From the NCBI GenBank assembly GCA_963727175.1, contig CAVSFD010000002.1, positions 4,403,071 through 4,467,070 on the forward strand: a stretch of 64,000 bases of DNA, read 5' to 3'. The first letter of the stretch is position 1, and each line of letters begins with the position of its first letter. This DNA comes from an uncultured Spirochaetota bacterium (GTDB lineage: Bacteria; Spirochaetota; UBA4802; UBA5550). The position numbers and the translations under genes were made by a program. The notes under the pieces are model-generated. The model did not search any database. It was not told the DNA's origin and saw nothing but the letters and a program-made list of their open reading frames with translations. Positions 22,552 to 33,001 of the stretch are shown here, in pieces.

Positions 22552-23649
22552 TCAACCTCCCATGATTCCGGTTTTATAACAGATCGCCACGGCCGTGCAG
22601 ATAAGCAAAAAAATGACGATCATTGACAGTGCTGCCATGAAATCCCTTCTGAGCACAAGGATGGCCGAATAATTTGAAACTATTTCGGAAGGCCGCGCCT
22701 CTCCGGTTATATACACCTTTTCAGCAAGGCGGTTGATTTCAACGGCCATGGCCGCTTTCCACGCCCTTCCGATATCCGCCTTTGCCACGCCGGGGTCGCC
22801 GCTGTAGGTATAGCGCTCCTTCTTCTGATCATACATTTTATCCGCTGTCGCAAGGATCCTGAACCCCTCCACCAGGGGAAGATCGAGGAGCTTCAGGACA
22901 CGGCCAAGGACCGGGAGCCTCCGCGCAGCCGGCTCAAGGAGGCGCGCCCATTTCTTCTTCCCTTCACTCATCGTGAGCATGGACGATTTGTAGCTGCGGA
23001 AATCGCCGGAAACCAGCGCGGGACTTTCCGCGAGAATGATCGATGTTTCCCATCCGCCGGCGTGCTCAAGATCAGTGAGGCCCTCCTTTTCCCGGTCTGT
23101 CAGCTTCCTTCCCAGTTCCTTCTCCATGAGGGGAAACTTCTTTCCGAAGATGAAGTCCTGGTACACGCGTATCCCCGGGGAAATCATCTTCATGTTATAC
23201 CTGCGGTTGCAGGTTCTGCAGGCATCGTCAAGGGCCAGGTTATGCTTCAGGCCGCCATGGCCGTTGGTCAGGATAAGGTTTTTAAATCCGTAGCGCCGCA
23301 GGGACCAGGCATACTCCTTCAGGGCGCGGTATACTGTTTTCCGGGAGAACTCGATACTCCCCGGCAGGGGCAGCTCATCAGTGCCGATATTCAGGAGCGG
23401 CAGAAGGACCACGGTCCAGTCGCCGTGATCCCGGGCAAACATGGCGCCGCTCTCCTCCGCCATGGCCACGGCGGAGGTCATGTCCGTGTCGTTGGGCAGA
23501 TGGTAACCGTGCACTTCGAGGGAGCTCACCGGCAGGATAAACAGGGTCCTTTCCCTGTCCAGCCTGTCAAAATCCTCGAGCCTGGACCAGGCGGCCCGTA
23601 TCAGGTTCTTAGGTGTTTTCCCTGCGGGTTTGCCGCTTTTTCTTTCCAT
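22552..23649 (-). CDS. Creatininase family protein with C-terminal membrane anchor
   Basis: EVHGYHLP..TD, NGHGG, HAGGWETS; the ORF-track extension to 23877 runs into a repeat. Confidence 0.82.
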   Translation of the reverse strand: MERKSGKPAGKTPKNLIRAAWSRLEDFDRLDRERTLFILPVSSLEVHGYHLPNDTDMTSAVAMAEESGAMFARDHGDWTVVLLPLLNIGTDELPLPGSIEFSRKTVYRALKEYAWSLRRYGFKNLILTNGHGGLKHNLALDDACRTCNRRYNMKMISPGIRVYQDFIFGKKFPLMEKELGRKLTDREKEGLTDLEHAGGWETSIILAESPALVSGDFRSYKSSMLTMSEGKKKWARLLEPAARRLPVLGRVLKLLDLPLVEGFRILATADKMYDQKKERYTYSGDPGVAKADIGRAWKAAMAVEINRLAEKVYITGEARPSEIVSNYSAILVLRRDFMAALSMIVIFLLICTAVAICYKTGIMGG

Positions 23650-23777
23650 ATTTCTACCCTTGCGATGGATATAGTAACTATTTCCTGATTTGATGAGAAG
23701 AGCTTGCAGTAGAGAGATATAATTTGTCAAGCAATGCCGGTAAAGATAGATGAAACTACCATTGATAACAAATCTTG

Positions 23778-23889
23778 TTAACTGGCCTGGTGCTGTCCCA
23801 ACGAGCAGACGACAGGGATGTCGCCGATTCCGCCGAGTCAACAGGAGGTTATACGAGGCGGACGAGTGGGATAGCACCCAGCCAGTTAA
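23778..23889. repeat. GGA-hairpin palindromic element, copy A
   Basis: Outer IR TTAACTGGCCTGGTGCTGTCCCA/TGGGATAGCACCCAGCCAGTTAA; 63-nt core 62/63 identical to 34708-34770. Confidence 0.85.
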
Positions 23890-23897
23890 TTATTATT

Positions 23898-25517
23898 TCA
23901 TCCGACGCTGATGCCCGTATCACCCTTGACGAGGCTGCACTTCTGTGCCACAACCTTCCCTCCAAGGAAGACCAGCCTGATATCCCTGAGAGCTTTTATA
24001 TCAGCCAGTGGATTGTCCTTCATTACAATGATATCAGCCAGCTTTCCCGTATCGATCGAGCCGATCTCCTGTTCCATGCCCATGATCTTTGCGTTGTTCA
24101 ATGTGGCGCATCGTAAGATCTCGGCATTGCTGAAACCGATCCGTGAATACATTTCCATCTCCCGCCAGAGGGTCCCGTGATAGTTCCAGGGCACGCCGGA
24201 ATCGGTGCCGCAGCCGATCAATATTCCTGCGCTCCTCATCTTCTGGACATTTTTGACGCCGTAGATCATGTAGTTGAAGAAGGGAAAGGGATCGACGGCG
24301 AGTTTTTTATCCAGGTACATCTTTTCATAATTATAATTGTATTGTTTGAACCAGTCCTGCGCCTTAACGTTGCTTTCGTGGATGCTCGGGACAACATCTT
24401 TAGTGGTGATAGAATTCCAGTACTCCCCGCGTATTTTCATTTCATTCATGATAAAATCGGTTTTGAATTCCTTTGGGAACTCATCGAAGGACGAGGCGCA
24501 GGCGTAGAGGTTGCCGAGTATCACCGTGGGAACAATGGACATGTTCTTGTTCCTCATGGTGTTGATGTCGGCATCGCTGATATACCCGTCGACCACGACA
24601 TGCTCAAAGGAATGAAAGGGATACTGCAGCGCCCTCCTGAAAGCCTTCATGGTCATGTCGTGGATCGCACAGGGCAGGTTATTCTTCTGCGCGTAGTCGA
24701 ACACATAGACCAGCTCTTCATCGGTGAAGACCGGCAGTTCTGTTTTTTTCCCTGCAACGAGAGGCTTGATATCCATGCTTGAAACTTTTATCAGGCCGGC
24801 ATTCTTGATGTTCTCCCTTATTTTTTCCTTCAGGTCCTTCATGCCGGTGACTTTTGTTGAGATACTGCCCGCGCCCATGAGCGAAACAAAAAGCGCCCCG
24901 AGGGGATGAAGGTCCTTCTCGTCGATTTCGATGTATCCTCCCTTGACTGACAGGAATGCATTGCTGTACATGACCCGGGGTCCCGGGAAGTTGCCCTTCT
25001 CGCTCTGGGCTATATAGTCCTTGAGAAGACCGGGATATCCCCCCATGTCGCGCACGGTCGTAATCCCGTGTTCGATGTTGAGGGAAAAATTCAACTTCAT
25101 CTGGGTCAGCAGGTCAAGGGCCTTGCCCATGCTCACCAGATAACTGCCGGCAGGGATGGTAAGATGGCAATGTCCGTTGATAAGACCGGGCATCACATAC
25201 TGGTTCTTCAGGTCAAATACCTGGGCGCTCCTGTTTTCAGGCATGGCGGTTTCACTTACAGCGGTAATTCTACCATTGTTAATGCGGATAGTGGCATTGT
25301 TGATTATCCTTCCTGTTTTGACATCAACTGCCCGGCAATTAATGAGCCTGATCTCCTTCTTATAATCAACTACAGGCATGTCCTTAACCAGGCTTGCATT
25401 CGAGGAACAACCGGTAAGGCCGGAAATGATATAGGGCCCGGCAGCTGTGGCGGCCAGAGCCGAGGCTGTTGTTTTAGCCGTCATCCGTAAGAATTCTTTG
25501 CGAGATAAATCTTTCAT
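23898..25517 (-). CDS. Amidohydrolase family protein, probable Tat-exported lipoprotein
   Basis: SRKEFL Tat-like motif, LTGC lipobox; PGLINGHCH, GITTVRDMG, GTDSG, GKLADII. Confidence 0.87.
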   Translation of the reverse strand: MKDLSRKEFLRMTAKTTASALAATAAGPYIISGLTGCSSNASLVKDMPVVDYKKEIRLINCRAVDVKTGRIINNATIRINNGRITAVSETAMPENRSAQVFDLKNQYVMPGLINGHCHLTIPAGSYLVSMGKALDLLTQMKLNFSLNIEHGITTVRDMGGYPGLLKDYIAQSEKGNFPGPRVMYSNAFLSVKGGYIEIDEKDLHPLGALFVSLMGAGSISTKVTGMKDLKEKIRENIKNAGLIKVSSMDIKPLVAGKKTELPVFTDEELVYVFDYAQKNNLPCAIHDMTMKAFRRALQYPFHSFEHVVVDGYISDADINTMRNKNMSIVPTVILGNLYACASSFDEFPKEFKTDFIMNEMKIRGEYWNSITTKDVVPSIHESNVKAQDWFKQYNYNYEKMYLDKKLAVDPFPFFNYMIYGVKNVQKMRSAGILIGCGTDSGVPWNYHGTLWREMEMYSRIGFSNAEILRCATLNNAKIMGMEQEIGSIDTGKLADIIVMKDNPLADIKALRDIRLVFLGGKVVAQKCSLVKGDTGISVG

Positions 25518-25573
25518 TTTTTTAACCCCCCACTCTCATCTAGTACATTATTTTTTTATCCATATCCGGATAA

Positions 25574-25589
25574 TACCATCCAGACGGTT
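25574..25589. promoter_or_regulatory. Putative TetR-type operator
   Basis: TACCATCCAGACGGTT; similar to sites at 32241, 40924 and 41123. Confidence 0.45.
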
Positions 25590-25760
25590 TTTATATACAC
25601 AATTTGAATACACTTTGTCTGGCCAAGTACAGATTTTATCTGTATTTGGCATTAGAAACTGACAGGTTGTGCAATTTTTTCAGCTGTGCTCGCAGGACAA
25701 GTGGCCAGGGATACTTTGATTCAACGGAAAAATACCGGGTCCGAGTAAATCAAAAACCGG

Positions 25761-25958
25761 CTATTTTCTATCACCACCGACAAGACGGGGGTCAATATTA
25801 TCGGTGCCGCCGCATTCCGGCGTGTAGCAGGTAACATCAGTAAAAGCGCAGGTCTCTTTACAGGAGGGACATGATCCCGGCGGCACCGACGCCTGAAGTG
25901 TATAACCGCATATGGAGCATTTCCACCAGCTTTCGTTTTTTTGCTTATCCCGTGCCAT
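25761..25958 (-). CDS. Small rubredoxin-like protein (RCKP type)
   Basis: [34 protein letters not shown]; RBS GAAGGAG. Confidence 0.85.
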   Translation of the reverse strand: MARDKQKNESWWKCSICGYTLQASVPPGSCPSCKETCAFTDVTCYTPECGGTDNIDPRLVGGDRK

Positions 25959-26315
25959 TGTGATATCTCCTTCTTGAATTCTCCAGATTGCATGTTTCCG
26001 GTTGATCCTCATCCAGTCGCCAATAAACTGCGCTGGTCCGCCAATTATGCACGGTGCCGAATTATACAATACATGTGGATTTAATGTAGTATTATTCTTT
26101 ATAAAAGTCAATCACGCAGCCCATCGGCTGATGCAAAAATACAGCTTCCCGATATTTCAGTCTGTAAATTCCGCCTGACCAAAAATACAGTTTCGTGTTT
26201 TTAGCAGGATACGGCGCCGTTTTTGATGTTATTTAATAGACAGGGAATGACACGGTTCCCTCTGCCGGATAGAAACCTGCCCGGCACGGCATACTATGTT
26301 AAGGAGGAATGCCGC

Positions 26316-28169
26316 ATGATGTTCAACCAGAAAACCCTTGTCCGCCGGGGTGTCGGGTTTATCAATCTCCGTACCCATTTCCTGTTCAGGACCAGGATCA
26401 TCACGCGCAGAAACAGGACCTTTTTTCTTTTTGAAGGGAAGGAATTCACCTATCGTGAAACCTATAATCGATCCATGGGGTACGCGCGCTTTTTCCTGTC
26501 GGAAAGAAAAAAGCGGATCCTCGCAGGAAAGCTTGGAAAAAAAGAAAGAATGTCCATCGGAATTTACCAGGAAAACCGGCCGGAATTCATTTTCGCCATT
26601 TTCGGCGCTGCCATCAGCAATACCGTTGTTTTTGCCATCAATACCGGCTTTCGCGGCGATATTCTTGCGAAAATAATCAATCAGGCGATGCTGTCTCTCC
26701 TTCTCCTCGATTCCAGCACCGAGAAAGAAATAAGGCGGATACTACCCGATCTGAATACCCTGGACCGTGGCAGCATCCTCTTCGCCGCTGATAAACCCGG
26801 GGAAGGTAGCCGGTACCGGGACCTTGAACAAGCTGTTGCCGCATCCAGGGGTGATGAATGTGAAGACTACCGGATACCCATTGTCAACACCACTCCTTTC
26901 ATCGTCATCTACACCTCGGGCACGACAGGACTGCCCAAGGGAGTGCCCTGCACGCACATCAAGCTTTTCGGGGCAGGCCTGGTCACCCGGTACCGCATCC
27001 GCCTGAGGAAAAATGATCGCGGGTACATCTGCATGCCTCTCTTCCATTCCAATTCCCTCTACCTCGGTCTCATGCCGATACTGAGAGCCGGGGCAAGTTT
27101 CGTCCTCAGGAGAAAATTCAGCGCCAGTTCCTTTGAGGAAGACATGCTGACACACGGTGTGACATACATGAACTACGTGGGTCAGCCGCTCCATTATATC
27201 ATCACCGCCCTTGAAAAAAAATACGGGAGCGGCGAAGCGGTTGAATCGGCCCTCGCCCGCCATCCGAAGAACAGGTTCAGGATCGCCCACGGCAACGGCT
27301 CCTCGGCAGTGGACAGGATCAAGCTCACGCGTTATCTCGGCATGGAGCACATCTATGAATTGTACGGATCCACGGAGGCGACCATAACCACTGCCAACAG
27401 GCCGGGGGATCCCGTTGATTCGGTAGGGAGGATAAAGGATTCCGTTGTCATCCTCGGCAGTGAGGACAACATCTGCCCGCCGGGCATTGTCGATGATAAC
27501 GGACAGCTCCTCAACTATGAAGAGGCTGTCGGCGAAATTTCGAGAAAAACCGGGAAAGAAAATGTCTTTTTTGACGGCTACCTTGACAACAGCGCGGCAA
27601 CGGATCAGAAATTCCGCAACGGTTATTATCATTCCGGCGACCTCGGCCACGTGCGGATCGTCAGCGGGAAACGCTACCTCTTTTTCAACGGCCGCACAGA
27701 CGACTGGATCCGCAAGGACGGCGAAAACTTTTCCGCGGAAAACGTGCTGGCCTATGCGCAGAAGCTGCCGGGGGTCGAGCTTGCCATCGCCTACGGTGTC
27801 CCCTGCGAAGTATCCGACGAAAAGGTTATGGTCGCCCTTCAAATGATGAAGGGCGCCTCCTTTGATAGCCAGACGGCCTATGACTGGTTCATGCTCCAGC
27901 AGCGTGAAGGCGGGATGGATCCCAAATGGATGCCGGATTACATCCGGATCGTTGAAGAATTCTCGTTAACCAATACGCAGAAGATACTGGTCAGACCCTA
28001 TAAACGGGAGCACTTCAACATACTGACAAACCCTGGAATGGTTATATATAACCGCCAGCGTGGCGAGTCCGCCTATCACCGGCTGACTGCTCATAGGTTT
28101 AATGGTATAGTCAGCGGTTTCAGGGAAACAGGACGCTTCTCACTGATAGGACCCGGTTTGCCGAATTAG
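26316..28169 (+). CDS. Long-chain acyl-CoA synthetase (AMP-binding, FATP/FadD-like)
   Basis: YTSGTTGLPKG, PLFHSN, ELYGSTE, SGDLG, GR..D.IRKDGEN; RBS AAGGAGG. Confidence 0.9.
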   Translation: MMFNQKTLVRRGVGFINLRTHFLFRTRIITRRNRTFFLFEGKEFTYRETYNRSMGYARFFLSERKKRILAGKLGKKERMSIGIYQENRPEFIFAIFGAAISNTVVFAINTGFRGDILAKIINQAMLSLLLLDSSTEKEIRRILPDLNTLDRGSILFAADKPGEGSRYRDLEQAVAASRGDECEDYRIPIVNTTPFIVIYTSGTTGLPKGVPCTHIKLFGAGLVTRYRIRLRKNDRGYICMPLFHSNSLYLGLMPILRAGASFVLRRKFSASSFEEDMLTHGVTYMNYVGQPLHYIITALEKKYGSGEAVESALARHPKNRFRIAHGNGSSAVDRIKLTRYLGMEHIYELYGSTEATITTANRPGDPVDSVGRIKDSVVILGSEDNICPPGIVDDNGQLLNYEEAVGEISRKTGKENVFFDGYLDNSAATDQKFRNGYYHSGDLGHVRIVSGKRYLFFNGRTDDWIRKDGENFSAENVLAYAQKLPGVELAIAYGVPCEVSDEKVMVALQMMKGASFDSQTAYDWFMLQQREGGMDPKWMPDYIRIVEEFSLTNTQKILVRPYKREHFNILTNPGMVIYNRQRGESAYHRLTAHRFNGIVSGFRETGRFSLIGPGLPN

Positions 28170-28367
28170 ACATCCTCTTCAACGATACCGGTCCATCAGC
28201 GATGTAAAAGATTGATTTGAAATGTATTGACAAAAATCCGGCAGTCGCGAATGGTTTTTCAAAAAAAGCATCCCCGATGACGGCTGGATCATCGTCTGCA
28301 CCAGGCAGTGACAGCAGGATGCCATTGTTTTCTTGAATGTTCATACATTTCTCTCAGTAAAACAGCA

Positions 28368-29135
28368 ATGCTCGACCAGATCATAATCCACATCATCAAC
28401 AGTGAGGAAGAAGAAGGCCAGATCCGGTATGATTCTCCATCAATGGACTACATGGGACAGCTCTTCTCGGTCGAGAAGCTGACTCCCGGCATTCCGGCAG
28501 CACCCTTTTTCATGGATGACTCTCCCGACCAGGGTCCCATCGAAATCTTTGAAAAAACAGAGCTGCAATCCCATGCCGCCGGGGACGCATATCCCCTGAC
28601 CGTAACCATTGATCCGGGTTATTCCTTCGGGGACGGCCGTCATGCCACCACATGGCTCTGCGTCAAATTTCTCGTGGAATACCTCGCGGATATACCCGGC
28701 GAACAGCGTTCCGGGTTATCGCTGCTCGACGCCGGCACCGGAACCGGCGTTCTCGCCATAACAGCGGCCAGGCTCGGCATCCGGGACATAGACGCCATCG
28801 ACATCTATCACCACGCTGTCCAGTGCGCGGGCAACAACTGCTCTCTCAACAATTGCGGATGGATCAGGCTGCACGAGTCGGACATCGCCGCATTCAACCG
28901 GGGAAGGACCTATGATATCGTCATGGCCAACCTTGTTTCCGATGTTATCATCGCCAACCTGGAAACGCTGATACGGCTCACCGCACCCGGAGGTGTTATC
29001 ATCGCCAGCGGTGTAAACGCCGGAAGGGCCGGGACAGTGCTGCAGCATTTCCATCAATCCGGGCTGGCCATGGTTGATCACGCCCCCAGGGACGGCTGGC
29101 ACGGATTTCTCCTTCGGCGAAGTCTCTGTAGATAG
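28368..29135 (+). CDS. PrmA-like class I SAM methyltransferase (5' end uncertain)
   Basis: IDPGYSFGDGRHATT, LDAGTGTG, DIVMANL, PGG.IIASG. Confidence 0.78.
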   Translation: MLDQIIIHIINSEEEEGQIRYDSPSMDYMGQLFSVEKLTPGIPAAPFFMDDSPDQGPIEIFEKTELQSHAAGDAYPLTVTIDPGYSFGDGRHATTWLCVKFLVEYLADIPGEQRSGLSLLDAGTGTGVLAITAARLGIRDIDAIDIYHHAVQCAGNNCSLNNCGWIRLHESDIAAFNRGRTYDIVMANLVSDVIIANLETLIRLTAPGGVIIASGVNAGRAGTVLQHFHQSGLAMVDHAPRDGWHGFLLRRSLCR

Positions 29136-29255
29136 CACTTTACAGCTATACATGGTAATAAAAAATATTGACATATCTCAACGCTATACTAACATTTCTC
29201 TTGATATCCGGATTATTATCCGGCATGTCATATTTTTATTCGGGAAGGTGATGTC

Positions 29256-29591
29256 ATGAAAAAAGCAGATGTTCTTATCGCGTTAATGGCCGGTATGCTT
29301 CTGGCCACGTCAGCCTTTGCCAGGACAGATTTCAACAAAACAATCGTCGGCACCTGGAGCTTCGACCTGGGAGGCGGCTTCATGGCGACCGTGGAATATA
29401 AAAGTGACGGCACCCTGATACAGAAAATGGGCGACCTCACCATAACCGGGACCTATACGGTGCAAAACAACAAGATGACAACCATCGTCAAGGGACAGAC
29501 CACCGCGTTTACCATCATATCCGGGGATGAATCCACCATTACCATGAAGAGGGATAAAGACGGGAAAACCGTTGTCTACAAGAAGCAGTAA
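29256..29591 (+). CDS. Small secreted beta-rich protein (lipocalin/DUF5640-like)
   Basis: Signal peptide ending AFA, IVGTW, DGT, GTY motifs. Confidence 0.65.
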   Translation: MKKADVLIALMAGMLLATSAFARTDFNKTIVGTWSFDLGGGFMATVEYKSDGTLIQKMGDLTITGTYTVQNNKMTTIVKGQTTAFTIISGDESTITMKRDKDGKTVVYKKQ

Positions 29592-29610
29592 GGTATTATA
29601 ATAATTCAAC

Positions 29611-29641
29611 CCGGGGCCGGAATTAATTACTCTGACCCCGG
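29611..29641. repeat. Degenerate GGGGTCAGAGT/ACTCTGACCCC palindrome
   Basis: CCGGGGCCGGAATTAATTACTCTGACCCCGG; same arm at 19001, 40805 and 53464. Confidence 0.5.
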
Positions 29642-29727
29642 CATGACCCCGCGCCGTAACCGGCTCTATCTATCGGAAACGGCCAGGTGCATGATGAAGC
29701 TGTACGATGAAACCCGGGAAATTCCAC

Positions 29728-30706
29728 ATGAAAAGATACATCCTGCCGCTGCTGGCTGCGATAACGATAGCAGTAATCATTACTGTTATTTTCCTGCTCA
29801 AAAATTATCATGCCCCGGGGCCCTGCAGGGATAATCAATAAAAAATATCTTATCACCCGGGAAGACTACTGGCAGTCACTGCGACCCGCCGGCAGATTCG
29901 ACAGCAACGCCATAGGAACATACTTCGTCAACGAAGCGGCCAACAAGCATACCCTTGATTTTTTCGGCCATCTGCAGGACAGATTCAAGGATATGGAATA
30001 CGACGATCACATGCGAGCAGTCAGGGAATATCTCCATGAGACAATCCGGCCGGACGAAAAGGCAGAAGAGATGTTTGAACTGTACGGCAGGTACAACGAA
30101 TACCAGAAAGAGCTGTACCTTGACCAGAAGCGATGGGCTGCGAGCGGAACCCCGGAAGCAATGCTGGAGAACCTGCGCGAAATGCAGGAATTCAGGCGTC
30201 AGCACTTCGGCCAGGATGCCGCTGACGCCATCTTCGGCGTCGAAGTAAAAAGCAATGAATACGCGCTGCGCCGGCAGATAATTATCGGCGAGACCGGCAT
30301 TACCGGAAAAGAGAAGGAGGCACGCCTCGCCTCGCTGCGCCGCGAAATGTGGGGGGACCAGGCTGATATAATTGATGCCGGCCAGGATCCGCGCGACCGC
30401 TACCTTGAAAAGCTCAAAATCCATGAAGCGGAACTTGCCGGCATGAATGAAGAAGAACGGGAACGGCAGATAAGGGAATTCCGGCGGGAGGTCTTCAGCC
30501 CTGCAGAAGCCGGGCTCATGGATAATGCCGATCGTCAGCTCAAATACATCAGGGACAGGGACAGGGATTATGCGAGGCTCAGCAGGGCAATCCTGGACGA
30601 CAGAGATCTTTCAGAAGCGGAAAAAAACCGGAAAATCAGGGAACTTCACAGCAGGCTGTACGGCGGGTACGGCAAAGCTCCGGCAGCCGGCACCGGGGAA
30701 CACTGA
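29728..30706 (+). CDS. Lipase-specific foldase (Lif/LipH-like); one frameshift near 29815
   Basis: ATG 29728 gives a TM anchor (MKRYILPLLAAITIAVII) out of frame with the helical body (RRQHFGQDAADAIFG, RREVFS); adjacent to a lipase. Confidence 0.65.
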
Positions 30707-30830
30707 CCTTCATCCCGGTGCGCCCCTGCCATCGGCACACAAAAATGAGGTTGTCTAAAAATCTAACACAGAGGAACTGGGACTCTTGATTTAAGTCCTG
30801 ATAATAGGAATATAAAAGGAACATATTCAT

Positions 30831-30963
30831 CAGTCCACAGTCGCAGAGTTATAATAATTCACTCATGATATTTATTAATAAAACTTTTAACACTATCTCT
30901 TAAATCAGCGATTGATTCTCTATTTTTCTCTGCGTCCCTGCGACTCTGCGAGAAACATTTTCT
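30831..30963. mobile_element. MITE-like element, copy 2 (one end eroded)
   Basis: ...TCGCAGAGTT..TTCACTCATGATA...TTCTCTATTTTTCTCTGCGTCCCTGCGACTCTGCGAGAAACATTTT, between convergent genes. Confidence 0.65.
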
Positions 30964-30972
30964 AATTTAACA

Positions 30973-32202
30973 TTAATTACATGCCTTCACTCTCGAGAAG
31001 GCTACTATATCCTTGTATAGTTTTTTTGTGTCGAATCCGGGATGAAAGCCCATGAGCTGGTTAACCAGGGTCCAGTGATCCACGCCTACAGTCCCCAGGA
31101 TGGGGATGTACCCCTGGAGGTGTTGCACGAATCGCCATGATCCATACTGCTCGCCGCTCCCGGGAACCCACTCCGCGCTCTGCCTCGGCGTCACGCCGTC
31201 GCTCGGATTTTTGCCCTTATACCTGGGATCGGAGTTGATGATGGCCCACAACGGGAGTATGATCACCGCGTTCAGGTTCGGCGCCGCCGCGGGAACCGTC
31301 GCCGAATAGGTGAAGACTTTGATGTGAGGTGTCCTGCGGCCGATCTTCTCGATGAGGGGATTGAAGGTGTCGCGCATATAAGGCTCGGCGCAGTTATTCG
31401 TTGCCCCGATGTAATCATTGTTTTTCTGACCTGCCAGGAGTCCCGCCCAGATATTCTCAAACACCCATTCCCCGATGGCGTCAAGGGGCTTTGTTTCAAT
31501 GGCCCACTGGGCAAGGTAGGTGCCATTGTTCGGCGTGCTGATCATCACGATGGAGGCCACGAAACGCGAAGCGGGGATGAGGGGCGCCGAGGAGGCATCG
31601 TCATAGCGCGGATCCGCCATGCTGAGAACTTTAACCATGTAGCGGGCGTTGATGCCGCCCTGTGAATGGCAGAGGAGATTAAACTTGAGGTCCGACAGAT
31701 CGACATCCCGCGGAGCGATCCCCTTTGTCTTAGCTATTTCACGGACCCGGGTGAAAAGGATGGTATATATAAAATCCCTGAGCTCCGCCGCGCGGGCATG
31801 ATGGGTGGAAAAACAATTCAGGTCAGCGGTATAGGTTTCCCTGCCCGCATCGGTCAGGGCCGACTTGAGCTGCCAGAAATAATCTATGGTATTCATGAAT
31901 TTTTCCGTGCCTGCCCATCCCGGAACAAGGATGACCGGATAACGCATATCCTTGACCGTGACATTTACAGTTTCCGGTATAACAACAACTCCATCGAGAG
32001 GGCTAACCGGCCAGTCGGATTGACTATCATCGATGGAAGAAGAAGGATTGGCTGTATTGCTATCATTACCTGATCCTGACACTGCTGAACCTGAATTACT
32101 GGATACAGGGTTCATTAACGATGATTTTTCCTGGGTATCACAGGCCATGAACAGAACGACACATATACAATGGATTAGAAGGATATTGATAGTTCGCATC
32201 AT
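30973..32202 (-). CDS. Triacylglycerol lipase/esterase (alpha/beta hydrolase), lipoprotein
   Basis: LFMAC lipobox, YPVILVPG, CHSQGG nucleophile elbow, STPNNGT, SDG, VDH. Confidence 0.85.
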   Translation of the reverse strand: MMRTINILLIHCICVVLFMACDTQEKSSLMNPVSSNSGSAVSGSGNDSNTANPSSSIDDSQSDWPVSPLDGVVVIPETVNVTVKDMRYPVILVPGWAGTEKFMNTIDYFWQLKSALTDAGRETYTADLNCFSTHHARAAELRDFIYTILFTRVREIAKTKGIAPRDVDLSDLKFNLLCHSQGGINARYMVKVLSMADPRYDDASSAPLIPASRFVASIVMISTPNNGTYLAQWAIETKPLDAIGEWVFENIWAGLLAGQKNNDYIGATNNCAEPYMRDTFNPLIEKIGRRTPHIKVFTYSATVPAAAPNLNAVIILPLWAIINSDPRYKGKNPSDGVTPRQSAEWVPGSGEQYGSWRFVQHLQGYIPILGTVGVDHWTLVNQLMGFHPGFDTKKLYKDIVAFSRVKACN

Positions 32203-32240
32203 ATGATTTCTCCTCTAAGAAATAATAATAATTTGCGGAA

Positions 32241-32256
32241 AACCAACCAGACGGCT
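32241..32256. promoter_or_regulatory. Putative TetR-type operator
   Basis: AACCAACCAGACGGCT, about 40 nt upstream of the lipase start. Confidence 0.45.
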
Positions 32257-32366
32257 TTATTTATTCTGGGCTGAATATACACATAAAGAATATTACATGT
32301 CTCGCCATTAGCAGATTGATGCTAGGATTGGCCTTTATCAATAAAGATAACTGCGGGGACTTATTC

Positions 32367-32416
32367 TGCGCTTATTTGCCAAAGGCAGATCGATCTTGTT
32401 TTGGCAAATAAGCGCA
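32367..32416. terminator. Hairpin with perfect 17-bp arms downstream of the rubrerythrin-like gene
   Basis: TGCGCTTATTTGCCAAA...TTTGGCAAATAAGCGCA. Confidence 0.55.
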
Positions 32417-32463
32417 AAAGGCGGTATTCTCCGGCGCATTTCAAAAAGATGAGGTTGTATTGT

Positions 32464-32940
32464 TTATTTTTTCAAGGAAAGGAGTTCCTTCCCCAGCATT
32501 ATGATATGCTTTTTTTCCTCATTGATGATGGCGTCGATTTTGTCTTTACCAAGCTTTTCCGGTACCAGGTCTTTCATCCCGAGATAAAAAACAATGGAGT
32601 CCTTTTCCGCTGCTATGGCTGTTGTTAATATCCCCTCGATTGAGGAGGTATCCATTTCCTTCTGGTAAAATACACGCAGATCCGCAAGGGATTTCAGGTA
32701 GAGAACGGACTCCTCGTTCGGGTCAAAAACAGTCGGCTTCTTTTCTTTTTCTGAAAGCGCCGCCCGCATAGTGGCAAAGGTCTTTTTATGAAAGACTTCC
32801 ATGGTGGAAAGGTCCAGGAGGAACTTTTTATAGTATGAATCGCTGATGATTGCGGCCGCCTTATTATAAAACGCCGCACCGTTTTCTTCTATCTCTTCCG
32901 CTATCTTATAAACATCGTCTGCATTGAAATCGAACGCCAT
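32464..32940 (-). CDS. Rubrerythrin-like ferritin-family protein
   Basis: IEENGAAFY, EVFH, AEKDSIVFY, EEKKH di-iron motifs. Confidence 0.9.
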   Translation of the reverse strand: MAFDFNADDVYKIAEEIEENGAAFYNKAAAIISDSYYKKFLLDLSTMEVFHKKTFATMRAALSEKEKKPTVFDPNEESVLYLKSLADLRVFYQKEMDTSSIEGILTTAIAAEKDSIVFYLGMKDLVPEKLGKDKIDAIINEEKKHIIMLGKELLSLKK

Positions 32941-33001
32941 GGCGCCGGCCTCCTCTCATAGTGTTTTGTTATCAAGTTTCACCAGGGCAACCCAGACCCG
33001 G

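Noticed and set aside
23650-23877. Shared peptide SASYNLLLTRRNRRHPCRLL in ORFs 22552-23877 and 34685-34903
   Set aside because: Translation of the DNA repeat, not a protein domain; the real start is 23649.
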